In this document: positions 62,741-64,000 of the stretch, piece after piece | How the letters are laid out: every line of letters starts with the position of its first letter | Position numbering within the stretch: the stretch's first letter is position 1 | The notes under the pieces: generated by a model | Databases searched by the model: none | Told to the model about the DNA's origin: nothing | The model's input: the letters and a program-made list of their open reading frames with translations, nothing else | DNA from: Octopus bimaculoides | Lineage: Eukaryota | Assembly (NCBI RefSeq): GCF_001194135.2 | Contig: NC_068993.1 | Location: forward strand, 44,769,531 to 44,833,530 | Length of the DNA: 64,000 bases | Direction: 5' to 3' | Position numbers and translations under genes: made by a program

Positions 62741-64000
62741 TTTGAACATAAAACTGGGAGAATATTCCTACATTTTTATAGAAAAAAAGTATATATTTTT
62801 GAAAAAACACATTGCATCATACATTCGTACACTTGGTATCCCTTCTGTAATACTGTTGCATTATATGCATGCCAATTGTTCGTTGCATTTAAGAATAAAG
62901 AAGTGTGTCTTACACACTGGCATCGGTATTGGTAAGTAGCTTAGGAAGAGTAAAAGACAAAAAGAGCCTAATGGTGATAATTCCAAGAGTGACGATACAT
63001 GGTCTGGTGGTTAGGATACTGCAATCATGATTACAAGATCATGGTTTTGATTCCTGGACTGAGCAGCTCACTGTTGTTTTGAGCAAAGCACTTCATTTTA
63101 CATTGCTCCAGTCCACTCACCTCTAAATGAGAAGCCCTGTGATGGACTGGCATCTTGTTCAGTGCGAGTATTGTGATCTTCGCCATTTATTGACCATGGA
63201 AACTGGGCAACCAACACTATGAGTCTTAGGACTTGAGTCAGTAGTTTCCCAGGGTTGATGATGATGAGAATTCTAAGGATTTATTGTAAGAGAAAATGCT
63301 GCTGCTGATGAACAGAGACAATGTAGAGTAATGAGGAGTTTATTATTATTTTAGTGAGCTAAACTAGACTCAGTAACTCACTATTCAAATTTGTACTGGT
63401 TTGGTGTAACAAGTGCCACAAGCTGAGTGGTCTACCAGATATTATATATCTGATATATCTGATTGTGCTTTTGATGCTAATTATTACAGGTGTTGGCAGT
63501 TAGAAGTAACTCTCCACTTTGCCAACCATCCATTTCCCTATCGTTGCTAGGTACATATATGTGTTATATATGTTACGTACAACTCTTTTACTTTTACCTC
63601 TTGTTGAAGAGTTCTTTTGAAGTTATACATACCATATATAGGTGTAGGCATGGCCGTTAGGTCAAGAAGCTTATTTCCCAATCGTATGATCTTGGGCTCG
63701 GTCCCACAATGTTGCTCTATGGGCAGATGTTTTTTACTATAGCCCTGGGTCAACCAAAAATTTGTGAAGGGATTTCATCATCATCATCATTTAACGTCCG
63801 CTTTCCATGCTAGCATGGGTTGGACGATTTGACTGAGGACTGGTGAAACCGGATGGCAACACCAGGCTCCAGTCTAATTTGGCAGAGTTTCTACAGCTGG
63901 ATGCCCTTCCTAACGCCAACCACTCAGAGAGTGTAGTGGGTGCTTTTACGTGTCACCCGCACGAAAACGGCCACGCTCGAAATGGTGTCTTTTATGTGCC

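Overview
AT-rich eukaryotic genomic scaffold with 8 N-gaps. The repeat content (dense tRNA-head SINEs, RTE and CR1/L2 LINE debris, MITEs, TA/TG/AG/TCA microsatellites) looks like an octopus genome; this is inferred from repeat style, not from a search. One protein-coding gene dominates: the FG-nucleoporin Nup58 (NUPL1/Nup58-45) on the minus strand. I reconstructed 14 coding exons by hand from the ATG at 55615 down to about 8386. All have GT-AG ends and consistent phases, and they total 2140 nt (about 714 aa). The central coiled-coil exons match NUP58 motifs (GLGGVDP, SKVLKETQLP, ISRMSTKSMIKVQ, ELKNTE, YFQSL, LKEKYLNYRRIFLGD, GPNPF). The true last exon or stop codon is not resolved. Nearly all other ORFs in the track are repeat- or gap-derived. 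I found no prokaryote-type system, CRISPR array, rRNA or tRNA gene. The most interesting leads are: an enlarged FSFG-rich N-terminus with recent internal duplications; an ambiguous, possibly regulated C-terminus; a candidate frameshifting micro-exon next to a hairpin; a young retroelement with a variable array of 20-nt stem-loops; a 3' tail shared by a CR1/L2 LINE and the local SINEs; and a long inverted repeat in intron 1.
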